A DNA stretch of 61,945 nt, filler included, from Mustelus asterias (taxonomy: Eukaryota): assembly GCF_964213995.1 (NCBI RefSeq). It is 6 parts of 6 records of this genome, joined end to end, with 100 filler letters (N's around TTAATTAATTAA, not from the genome) between each part and the next. Parts side by side here need not be neighbours in the genome. Positions count along the whole stretch, not along the records: positions 34,067 to 60,535 come from NW_027590264.1; 5 more parts are not named here. The stretch is one strand, 5' to 3'. Below, piece by piece: positions 49,796 through 60,635 of this stretch. Within the stretch, counting starts at the first letter, position 1, and each line of letters starts with the position of its first letter. The notes beneath the pieces were generated by a model, which saw only the letters and a program-made list of their open reading frames with translations, was not told where the DNA came from and made no database searches. The position numbers were made by a program, and so were the translations under genes.

Positions 49796-51524
49796 TATGG
49801 ATGTTAAGTTTGCTGACGACACAACGATAGATTGGAAAATAAATGGTGATGAAGATGTAAGGGGACGATGAAGGGACATAAGTAGTTCAGTGAATTGGCA
49901 AAGCTTCGCCAAATTGTGTTTATGTGGGCGGATGTGAAAATGTACATTTTGGCCTGATGAATATAAAATACACTTAATAACTAAATGGTGCGAGATCACA
50001 ACATTCTGAGGGACAGAGGGATTGGGCCGTCCTTGGGCATGAATCAAAAGGGGCTAATATACAGGTACAGCAATTAATTAGAAATGTCATAAAATGTCAT
50101 AGACCATCAGTAAAAGAGGCTGGGGAAAAAGAATAGGATCTTCAAAATACAGATCAGGAAAACAACAAACAGAGAACAATTCAACATAAAACTAAAAAGG
50201 AAGCTTAAAATTCTGAAACTGAAATTAATTCTGACGAAATAAACTCATCATCAGAATCAAATGAGACCTCAGGATCAGAAAAGTCTGAGATTAGCAGTCG
50301 GTTTGAGAAGATGACATTTTTTAAGAGCAAAGCTCCATCTAGTGGTGACAGGGGGGATACACTAAAGAAAAAAAAGCATGAAAAAAAGATATTAACACCA
50401 TCTTCCTTTGAAACTAAATTCACGACTCCCATCAGGACAAACGTGCATCGTTGTTGAGGAGGAAGAGTAAGACCCACTTTTGTAACTGAGGAAGTTCACT
50501 TGTCGCCCTCTGATTAACAAATTATTACAGAAGCTTCGGGACCCTTGAAAAGAAACCATAAAAATTCTGCTTTTTGGGAACACATGGATGGAGCTGGACA
50601 ACTGCGTTATTTAACTTTCGATGATGTAAGAGTACTTATTAATGGAAGGTTAGCTTTTTGACGCACTGACAGGAAGGAAGCGTTTCTATTTTGACAACGT
50701 GCACATATTGCCACTTTGTTCCGTCTAAAACAGAATTTAATGGGGTTGTAGGTGCAGATTAACATCATTGATCTCCATCTGAAACGTCTCTAATGGTAGC
50801 GTGCACTCAAAAACGAGTGATGTTGCATCTGAACTAGAGGAAATGGCGCACATTTCCCAGAAGAATCTATTTAAAAATCGTTCCTCATATCAAATAAATA
50901 GGAAAAACCACGGAGACAGACGAGGAAATCGAGACACAGTGTGGATCTACTGGACTTTCCTATAGGTGGCCAGAATTTATGCGCCTGAATGTTTGACACC
51001 CTAAATAAAAAATGCTCAAATATCAGTGACAGATAATTCTTCAATCTCTTCCTTTTAATAAGAGTTGAATTGATTAAAAAATGTCTTTGGTCAATATCAA
51101 GTAAGCACCATGGGATCTGTATTACTCGGTGTTTCGATTCCTTTTGTTGGTCGGTTATGTTTGCAATTCAGTGATATTCAATTTCAGAGATATTCAATTC
51201 ATAACGAGGACATGTGTTAAGTAATGTGTTGATATTAAATATTGAATACCGAAACGAATACTGAGCACAATTGGTTGCGAGTGTTCGAAGGAAGATGACA
51301 ATGATGATTTCATGAATTCGAAGAAGCCATTGCTCCCTTAGACATTTGCCGGACGACCGCTTTTTAATTGCAAATTCAAGCTAAATTGAGAAATCAGATC
51401 GAATTTAGCGGATGTGTCCTTGGATTAAGTCACCTGGGCTCTCAATCTAACCATTACAACCTGCAGCATCAGAGTGGAGTTCTACATTGTCGTCAGGGAA
51501 ACTGGGCACGCTATGCTGTCACGT

Positions 51525-51596
51525 GTTTCTGGAGTGTAGTGATCATCACGTTCGCCTAACACGCGAAATGTCACCGCTCCGGAACCGAGCAAAACA
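51525..51596 (+). pseudogene. tRNA-Val(AAC) pseudogene
   Basis: GTTTCTGGAGTGTAGTGATCATCACGTTCGCCTAACACGCGAAA matches the vertebrate tRNA-Val 5' half; T-arm and B-box are destroyed. Confidence 0.8.
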
Positions 51597-52049
51597 CTCA
51601 TTAAAATTTATCATGCAGGGTGAGGGAAATGTGCATGATTTCAACTGGTTGCTGAACATTATCCGAATCTCGATGTTACAGCCATATTATCTTTGCTCTG
51701 ACCTCCACCTCAAATGCTTTCTGCAAAATAAGAAATGCTGAATTTTTTGACGCACTGACAGGAAAGAAACTTTACCATTAGCATCTCGTTCAGTGCACTA
51801 CAAAATGTAATAGGTCGAGAGGTGCAGACTAACATAGTTAATCACCATCTGAAACATCCCTAATAATATTGTGTGCGCAAAAACAGACACACTTGACACT
51901 GCAACTGAAAGAGAGGAAATGGCACACATTTCCCTCAAGCATCTTTTTGAATTTTTTCCACAGGATGAAGAAGGAGGAAAAACCACTCAGGCAGATGAGG
52001 AACTCGAGAATCAGTGCGGACCTTCTGGACTTCCAACAGATTGCAGCAT

Positions 52050-52805
52050 GCTGCTGTGCAGAGGGATTTGGATATCCTTGTGCAAAAATGTCAAAGAGGT
52101 GGTTTGCAGGTGCAGCAGGTAATTAAGAAGGCAAATGGAATTTTGTCCTTCATTGCTAGAGGGTTGGAGTTTAAAAACAGCGAGGTTATGTTGCAGCTGT
52201 ATAAGGTGATGGTAAGGCCACACATAGAGTACTGTGTACAGTTTTGGTCTCCTTACTTGAGAAAGAATATACTGGCACTGGAGGGGGTGCAGAGGAGATT
52301 CACTAGGTTGATTCCGGAGTTGAGAGGGTTGGCTTATGAGGAGAGGCTGAGTAGACTGGGGCTATACTCATTGGAGTTCAGAAGAATGAGGGGAGATCTT
52401 ATAGAAACATATAAGATTATGAAAGAAATAAATAAAATAGAAGCAGGGAAGTTGTTTCCACTGGCGGGTGAAACTAAAACTAGGGGGCATGGCCTCAAAA
52501 TAAGGGTGGGCAGATTTAGGGCTGAGTTGAGGAGGAACTTCTTCACACAAAGGGTTGTGAATCTGTGGAATTCCCTGCCAAGTGAAGCAGTTGAGGCTCC
52601 CTCACTGAATGTTTTTAAGGCAAGGATAGATATATTTTTCAACAGTAAAGGAATTAAGGGTTATGGTGAGCGGGCGGGTAAGTGGAGTTGAGTCCACAAA
52701 AAGATCAGCCATGATCTTATTGAATGGCGGAGCAGGGTCGAGGGGCCAGATGGCCGACTCCTGCTCCTAGTTCTTATAACATAGTTCTTATGTTCTTATG
52801 TTCTT
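52050..52805 (+). mobile_element. CR1 LINE 3' fragment with (TTCTTATG)n tail
   Basis: ORF 52014..52691 has the CR1 ORF2 C-terminus. Confidence 0.92.
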
Positions 52806-53355
52806 AGATGAACGAGATTTAGGCGCCAGAATGTTTCAGACACAGAATAAAGAGGATCAAGTATAACCAACAGATCATCCTCAAATCTCTTGCCTTGAAA
52901 GATATTTGAGTTCGTCGAAAAGACGATTGTAGTCAATCTCAAAGAAGCACCATGGCATGTGTATTACCCAGTGACTCGCTTTCTTTTCTTGGTCAGTCAT
53001 GTTTACAATTGAATGTTGTACATTTCAGAGATATTCAATTGAGAATGTGGACACATGTGTTTAATAAACGTATTGATATTAAATGTTGAATAACGAACAA
53101 ATACTGGATACAACTGGTTGAAATTATTCGACCGAAGATGAGAATGATGCATTGATGTTAAAGCAGAAATCATTGCTCCCTTCGACATTTGCCGGATGAA
53201 CTCGTTTTAATTATGAAGTGCCAGATATGTTGACAGTAACGGATGTGTTCTTTCCTTTAGTGACATGGGCTGTCAGTCTAACCATTGGAACCTGCAGCAA
53301 CACAGTGGAGTTGAACATTGTAGTTAGGCCAATTGGCGAGACAGCGGTGTCAGTT

Positions 53356-53429
53356 GTTTCTGTAGTGTAGTGGTTATCACGTTCGCCTCACACGCGAAAA
53401 GTTCCTGGTTTGAGACCGGGCAGAAAGCA
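53356..53429 (+). tRNA. tRNA-Val(CAC), probably a pseudogene
   Basis: GTTTCTGTAGTGTAGTGGTTATCACGTTCGCCTCACACGCGAAAAGTTCCTGGTTTGAGACCGGGCAGAAAGCA is close to vertebrate Val-CAC, but the T-loop is TTTGAGA and the acceptor end is altered. Confidence 0.8.
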
Positions 53430-55477
53430 TTCGTTAATCTTTCTCATGCAGGGTGAGTGAAATCTGCATGATCTCAGTGATACGACATTATACGAATCTC
53501 GGCGTTACAGCCTTTCTATCTGCGCTCTGACCTCCACCTCAAATGCTTTCTGTAAAATAAGAAATGCAGTATTTTCTGTTTACACAGATCATTCCACCAG
53601 GTGGCTCTCCAAGAATTTATGTTTAACCGAAACTACATAAAACTACAGTTCACCGCTCTCACAGGTGACAGCTGTAAATTACAGGAAATAATGTTGCGAA
53701 GTGACATTTCACTGTGAACAGTGGTATATTTAGGACAAGCACCTGTGATGAATTGTCAATGTTATGGCAGAAGAGACTTAGAGAGTGAACTTTGTAAACC
53801 ATTGCATTTCATGGCGAACGGTCACAGGGTAGTCTGTAGGAAAATATCAGTGCAATGTTTCTAATTAATAGCGTTAACCTTGTCTCGTGTCGTCCGCAAA
53901 CTTACTGATCACCCCAGTTACACCTTCTTCTAGATCGTTTATATAAATCACAAACGGCAGAGGTCCCAATACAGAGCCCTATATGAATAAAATAAACACG
54001 CATTATGACACTGAATACCAGCAACCTGAAACCATTAATCGCAGACGTTATGCAAATAAGCAACTGTTCCAAACGGGAGAAGAAAGGATAAGAAGAGAGC
54101 AGTAATAATAAACCAGCATTAATAATCATTCTATAAAATATCATGTCGCAATATTTGCATAGAAAGGAAGAGGCTTTCGACTGGATTCCACTGGATGGCG
54201 CTCCAGGACTTTAGATGTGGCCAAAAATATCCGATAGCATCAGCTTATTGGTACCACAGGTGACAGTTGGGATTGCAGGAAATATCGTTGCCTGGAGGCA
54301 ACACTTCATACGACAGAGCATTTAAAGGAGGAGCTTGCATCCAAATTGCAGGCTTTATGATAAAGGAGATTTAGACAGTGAACCTTCTTGTATTCATTCG
54401 TGGGACATGGGAATCAGTGGCTGGGCAGAATTTATTGCTCATCCCTATTTGCTCTTGGGGAAATGTTGTGAGTCAACCACATTGCTGTGTAGGCAATGAC
54501 ACAGATTTCCTTCCCTAAAGGGTTGAGTGAACCAGGTGTTTTTTTTTAAACAAACAATCGACAGTAGTTTCATGGTCGTCAGTAGAGTCCCAATTCCAGA
54601 ATTTTAAAAAATGAATTCAGATTCCATCACTTGCCGTGGCGGTATTCAAACCCTGGTCCCCAGGAGATTAGCTGAACCTCTGGATTCATTGTCTCTCGAT
54701 AATACAATTACACCAAGGCCTCCACTGGACGTTTGCATTTCATGGTCCAATGAAACTGGCTACTCCGAAGAAGAAGGTTAATATTGAGTTTAATTAGAAC
54801 TGCTCCTCGACATGTCAAAGGGAGGTGTTATAATATGGTGATAATTTGTGAACCGATGTTCGTCTCATTATTAATCCAAATTGAAATCATCTGGAAAATA
54901 CCCGATTCCTCCATTCCTTTATTCGTGATAATGCCAGTTTGATAAAACTTTCGGATAAATAATTAAACCTTTCAGCCTCCCTCTGTGTAAATAATAATTC
55001 CTTCATTACAGTGTCACTGTGCTTGATGTCAGATTCGTTGATTGTAAAGCGCCTTTGAAGATTTTTAAGTACGAAATAGTTGGTTCAAACATTAGGGGCG
55101 ATGTTTCAACAAACTGTCAACTGAGTGAGGTTGAAAGAGAGGACTAATGTAATCAATATTACACAGCACATTGCACTCACTAGACAGATAGGGTGTCATT
55201 GCAGTTTCTCAATTTACACTGGTGTTGTGCCACACCGTTCTTTACGTGTGCGTTTGTATATAATGAACCACGTGTAAATGTCTTGTATTATATTTGCTCG
55301 CATGTCTGGTATTTGTGTTGCTGCACTGACATAACCTCAGGGAATTCCTTTTCACAAAGCAGACTCTGGAAGGTCCAACGTTTTTAACATTGTCAAAGAC
55401 TGCATTTCTCTTTTGTCTATTAATTAATTAATTAATTAATTAATCTCTTTGCTTTTCTTCCTCAATGATGATCTCTG

Positions 55478-55780
55478 TTTAAGTTTAAGTTTATTTATTT
55501 CTGGCACGAGTAAGCTAACAATAACACTGCAATGAAGCGACTGTGAAAATCTCCTCGTCGCCACACTCCGGCGCCTGTTCGGGTACACTGAGGGATAATT
55601 TAGCACGGCGAATTCACCTAACCAGCGCAGTCTTTCGGTCTGTGGGAGGAAACCGGTGTCGCCGGATGAAACCCATACAGACACGGAGAGAATATGCAGA
55701 CTCCACACAGAGCAAGCCGGGAATTGAACCCGGGTCCCTGGAGCTGTGTTGCACCGTCGCTCACCACTATGCCGCCATGC
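55478..55780 (-). mobile_element. tRNA-derived SINE
   Basis: Reverse complement of the 19533-19818 family. Confidence 0.8.
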
Positions 55781-56312
55781 TGTCCTGTATCGATGTTTGA
55801 GTGGATCGGTTTGGGAATCTTTCACTGTTTTTATTTGTCTTTCTGTCGATGCTTGGGTTGATTCGGTGCCGGATACGAGGCCTGCCGCGAACACGAAAGG
55901 TGGAGTTATTGACATACCGTCATCGTCAGCAACTCAGACCAATATGTGTCAAATATCTCCAGAACACTCCTGCTTTCTGCCTTAATGATTAGGAACGTCG
56001 GAATTGATATCTGTGTCTGGGCATATATCTGGACGGTTTTATATGTCTTTATGTGTTGGCCTTTGCACGTGGCTGTGTGTGTGTCTGTTTCCAATATGCG
56101 ACTGTGCTGTCCACGGGAGGGCGCTCTCTCATCACTTATGAAACATCACGATCCCCTTCGAGAGGAAGCGATTGGTTGAACATGTGAAAATGGGCGGGGA
56201 CAGGGAATCGCATTGACGTCACTGCATCCCCCTGGCTGTTTCCACTTCTCTAATTGCAGGTCTGGTATAGTCAGTGATCACTGCCTCTGTTTCTGGAGTC
56301 CAGACTGGAACC

Positions 56313-56797
56313 ATGGGGGTGAAACTCTATCTGACTCTGGTTCTTGTCTTGATCACAGGTCGGTCATTCTAAACCTCTGAAATCCATCAATCACCATATT
56401 CATCGCCCATTTCCATCTCTAGGCGATTTTATTCCGTTGTTGTTATTCCACCTAACCCGCTTTGTGTCCGTTGTTATTTTCAGAGATGACTAATGGTGAC
56501 TCAGTGTCCCAGTCAGTACCGGTAATCCAAGCAGCAGAGGGTGACCATTCACGAATTCCCTGCTGTTACTCTGTATCGAGTACAGCTGCACAACAAAATT
56601 ACCTGTTCTGGTATCGCCAGTATCCACACCGAGCTCCTCAGTATCTGCTCAGAAACAGTGGTTATGGGTTTACCGATAAGGCTCCCGGCTTTGAACACTT
56701 CAGCGGGAATCTCAGCCTGAAACAAAGCACTTTTCTCTTGTCCAAGAAAGGTTTGAATCTGACAGACAGAGTCGTGACTTACTGTGCAATGAGACCC
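56313..56797 (+). pseudogene. TRAV: TCR V (V5): intact leader 56313-56358 and open V exon from 56484, but no RSS
   Basis: MGVKLYLTLVLVLIT|GT; DSVSQS..PCCYS..LFWYRQYP..TYCAMRP, then no heptamer or nonamer. FR3 motifs are eroded. Confidence 0.82.
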
Positions 56798-57087
56798 AGA
56801 ATCAAGAGTCTGTTGTCAGGGAAACACATGACGTTGAATTACAGAGAAACTGTTCATAGAATGAATCCGTCAGTGCAGCTTCATCTGAGTGGCTTTCCGT
56901 CCCTGAGGTCAATGATTTCCACTTGGTAAGTGTAATATTTGTCGCTCAGATTACTCCCAGATCAAATCCAATCATTTCCCATCCCAATCACACAAACCCG
57001 CAGAGCGCCCGGGCGAATAACTCCACCAATCTCTACTTTTAATCTTTCTGTATCAGATGCCTATCTGTCAGTGGAAATCTGTTTAAT

Positions 57088-57552
57088 AAGAACATAACAT
57101 AGGAACATAAGAACTAGGAGCAGGAGTAGGCCATCTGGCCCCTCGAGTCTGCTCCGCCATTCAATAAGATCATGGCTGATCTTTTCGTGGACTCAGCTCC
57201 ACTTAGCCGCCCGCTCACCATAACCCCTTCATTTATTTACTGTTCAAAAATGTCTATTCTTGTCTTTAAAAATAATCAATGAGGTAGCCTCAACTGCTTC
57301 ACTGGGCAGGAAATTCCACAGATTCAAAACCTTTGAGTGAAGAATTTTCTCCTCAACTCAGTCCTAAATCCCCCTTATTTTGAGGCCATGACAGTCAGCG
57401 CTGTTCTTGTTTCACCTGACAATGGAAATAACTTCCCTGCTTCCCTCTTATCTATTCCCTTCATAATCTTTATGTTTCTATAAGATCTCCACTCATTCTT
57501 CTGAATTCCAATGAGTATAGACCCAATCTACTCAGTCACTCCTCATAAGCCA
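57088..57552 (-). mobile_element. CR1 LINE 3' fragment
   Basis: Reverse complement of the 52330-52805 family. Confidence 0.85.
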
Positions 57553-58242
57553 AATGTGGTTTAGCATCAAAGGCACACCCAGAGTTGTCACATTTTGAAG
57601 TTTCTGGATTGAAATAATGACTGATTGAAATCATTGCTTTCCCGGGAAACAAATAACCCCGGTGGAACCGCATCTCAATGTGGAACAAAGAAATTTACAC
57701 CACAGAAATAGGCCCTTCGCCCCTTCAAGCCTGCACCGACAAACTGGAGTTGGCTGACTACATATCCCCGGTACATTTAAAACAGCAACTACTATTTATG
57801 TTCATGCCGTGGATGCACTTATTTATACCCGCGGAATAAATGAATGTAACTTATTCATTACACTTTTAAATTCAGATACAGAGAAAGACCTATGCAAAAA
57901 ACAGGGACAATGAGTTCGAAAGGAAGAGAGTTAAACCGACAAAGAGCCAGTATAACTGATAATGTTATAAAACTTCCATGGAGAGAGAAAGAGGGTGAGA
58001 AAGATGCACACAGCCGGGGGTGGAAAGTGATTGAAACTGAGTTTACTCCTCTACGAACAGTGATTGGTCCACAGCTGACGTCATCTCAGGAAGACTGCCA
58101 ATCGCAGCAGTGAAAAATGACCCCACCCCCGCAGCTTCCCAATAATTGAAGCTGCTTCTGATCTGAGTTGACTCTGTGATATAAGACGAGAAACAGCAAC
58201 ATATTTTAAACAGTGTGGCTGTTTACTGTCCAATCAGGAACC

Positions 58243-58719
58243 ATGTGTTCCCTGTGTGCTTTACTGATAATAATGGTCATGCTGCCCGGTGAGTCTGAGC
58301 TCAAATCCTCAGTGTGTGTTCAATGGGTTATATTCACTCACAGATTTCTCACACATTCTATATGTTGTTACAGGAACCAGTGACCAAACTTCAGTTTCCC
58401 AGGAGCCGCCTGAATTAACGGTTCAGGAAGGACAGACAGTAATTTTGAACTGCAGTTACAAAGCAAAATACGCTGACCAAACTCTCTTCTGGTACATCCT
58501 GTATCCCGGAGAAGCTCCGAGATATTTATTGAAAAGTTACGGCAACGGGAAGGGGGATAAATCTTCTGATTTCTCCGACCGGTTTTCTGCGAATTTGGAC
58601 AAAGACAAGAAAACAGCTCCATTAAATATCACCGGTGTCCATGTCTCTGACTCTGCCGTGTATCACTGTGCGCTGAGCCCCACACTGTTACAGAGGCACA
58701 GTCAGCCCGTACAAAAACC
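58243..58719 (+). CDS. TRAV: TCR alpha/delta-type V gene (V6); leader 58243-58288, V exon 58374-58680, RSS 58681-58719; apparently intact
   Basis: Leader MCSLCALLIIMVMLP|GTGAGT. V exon TSVSQEP..LNCSY..FWYILYPGEAP..DSAVYHCALS. RSS CACACTG-23-ACAAAAACC. CRE promoter upstream. Confidence 0.92.
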
Positions 58720-59110
58720 AGCAAAGGCACTCTCACCTCCTCTCACTCAATCAGGTCTGTGAGCTGGGTTGTGAACTGCTAATATAAATGAAACCATATT
58801 ATACAGATCAGTGAGTTCGAAAGATCACATTTTGGTCCATTTCTCTTTCCATAGTTTCCTCATTTTCTGTTCACTTCTCCTATGAAGATTAAACTTTTCT
58901 ATTTCTATTTGCTTCTCACTCATTGCAGTTTACATCTTCCTTCTTTCTTCTTCTCCATCTCTGTTTTCATCTCTCTTCATTTCTGACCGAATTTTAATAA
59001 TTAGATTCTATATTTTATTTTGCTCATTTCCTTTGATAATGGACTTTTTATAATCCCACTCACTCTGCCGATACTCCGGACTCAGCAGAGTTGCTCTCGT
59101 AGTCTGTGCA

Positions 59111-59269
59111 GGTTTTTGTATGGGCTCACCCTGTGTTTGTCACACTGTGGCTCACAGCACAGAGATAGGTGGCAGTGTCAGTAACTCGGAATCTTTCTGT
59201 GTTCCCGCTGTATCTACTTCTCTGACACAGAAACTCCAGAGACCCACTGGGATACTGACGGTACCAGAA
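59111..59269 (-). pseudogene. Chimeric V remnant (V7) with a perfect 23-RSS
   Basis: 59269-59150 translates FWYRQYPSGSLEFLCQRSRYSGNTERFRVTDTATYLCAVS, then CACAGTG-23-ACAAAAACC (59149-59111). Confidence 0.85.
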
Positions 59270-59329
59270 TTACTGGTGAGGAAATCATCCGCATTCTTTA
59301 ATTTAAGCATGATACTACACTGTCTGGAA

Positions 59330-60085
59330 TCAGACATTTGGTCTCTGCACAAATACAGAAAGACCTGGACAATATTCAGGTTTGGACTGATAAGTGGAAG
59401 CAACGTTCAGGTCACACAGGTTCCAGGCAATGACCGTCTCCAAAAGAAGAGGATCTGACGAACTTTCCTTGATATTCAAAGGCATTACCATCGCTGAATC
59501 CTCCCCTCTGCTCCCCCCCTTCCTCTTCCTCTCCGTTTCTGGAGGTTTTTTATCAGTGTGACTGCGCTGGTGTTTCCGCAGGTTGGCTAACCGAGTGAAT
59601 CCTTTCTCACACTCGGGGCAGGCGAATGGCTTCTCCCCAGTGTGAACTCGCTGATGTGCCAGCAGGTTCGATGGGTGAGTGAATCCCATCCCGCAGTCAG
59701 AGCAGAGGAACGGCCTCTCTCCGGTATGAACTCTCCGGTGGTTCAGCAGGTTGTATGAATGAGTGAATCGCTTTCCACAGTCAGAGCAGATGAACGGCCT
59801 CTCCCCGGTGTGAATTCGCTGATGTGTCACCAGACTGGATGACTGAGTGAATCCCTTCCCACACACGGGACAGGTGAACTGTCGCTCCCCAGTGTGATTT
59901 CGCCCGTGAGCTTTCAGTTCAAATGGGTAACTGAATCCCTTCCCACAGTCCCCACATTTATAGGGATTTTCTCCAGAGTGAACGTGCTTGTGTTTCAACA
60001 GGCCAGATGATCGGCTGTAGCCTTGTCCACGCTCAGAGCACGTGTACGGTTTATCCCCACTCTTAACGGTGCTTTTACCTTCCAT
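59330..60085 (-). CDS. C2H2 zinc-finger protein (6 fingers, the first degenerate) with a C-terminus read into antisense LINE sequence
   Basis: CxxCGKxF..HxRxHTGE(K/R)P repeats. A 5' UTR splice acceptor lies near 60190 and a donor near 60535. Confidence 0.88.
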   Translation of the reverse strand: MEGKSTVKSGDKPYTCSERGQGYSRSSGLLKHKHVHSGENPYKCGDCGKGFSYPFELKAHGRNHTGERQFTCPVCGKGFTQSSSLVTHQRIHTGERPFICSDCGKRFTHSYNLLNHRRVHTGERPFLCSDCGMGFTHPSNLLAHQRVHTGEKPFACPECEKGFTRLANLRKHQRSHTDKKPPETERKRKGGSRGEDSAMVMPLNIKESSSDPLLLETVIAWNLCDLNVASTYQSKPEYCPGLSVFVQRPNV

Positions 60086-60635
60086 GTTGAAATTCTGATG
60101 ATACTGAAGTTCTGATGAATTGGGCGGCTCTCAGATCCTGATGTGATGTTCAAATTTCCCAACTGCAAATCCTCAACTTCCAATACCCTGTGAAATTTAT
60201 TTAAAACAGAAAAAAAGGGTGCGAGAGAACTCACAAAACACAAAGGCAGGTTGTGAAATTGAGCTGAATGAATCTGGTAATTTGTGGAGCTGGTACTAGG
60301 AAAAGATGACCATGGAAACAGCTGGATTGTCATAAAAACCCAACTGGTGTCCTTCAGGCGAGGAAACCTGGCCATGCAGTCTGGGTCTACACCAGGTCTG
60401 AACCAACACAAGACTCTGGATCAATGAGGGGAGCAAGGAAGAGAAGGATAGAAAGGTAGGAGCAGGAAGTATTGAAGGAGAGGAATTTGTATATCTCCAA
60501 CTCGACCCGAGCTTTGAAGGAATCATTAGCTTACCNNNNNNNNNNNNNNNNNNNNNNNNNNNNNNNNNNNNNNNNNNNNTTAATTAATTAANNNNNNNNN
60601 NNNNNNNNNNNNNNNNNNNNNNNNNNNNNNNNNNN

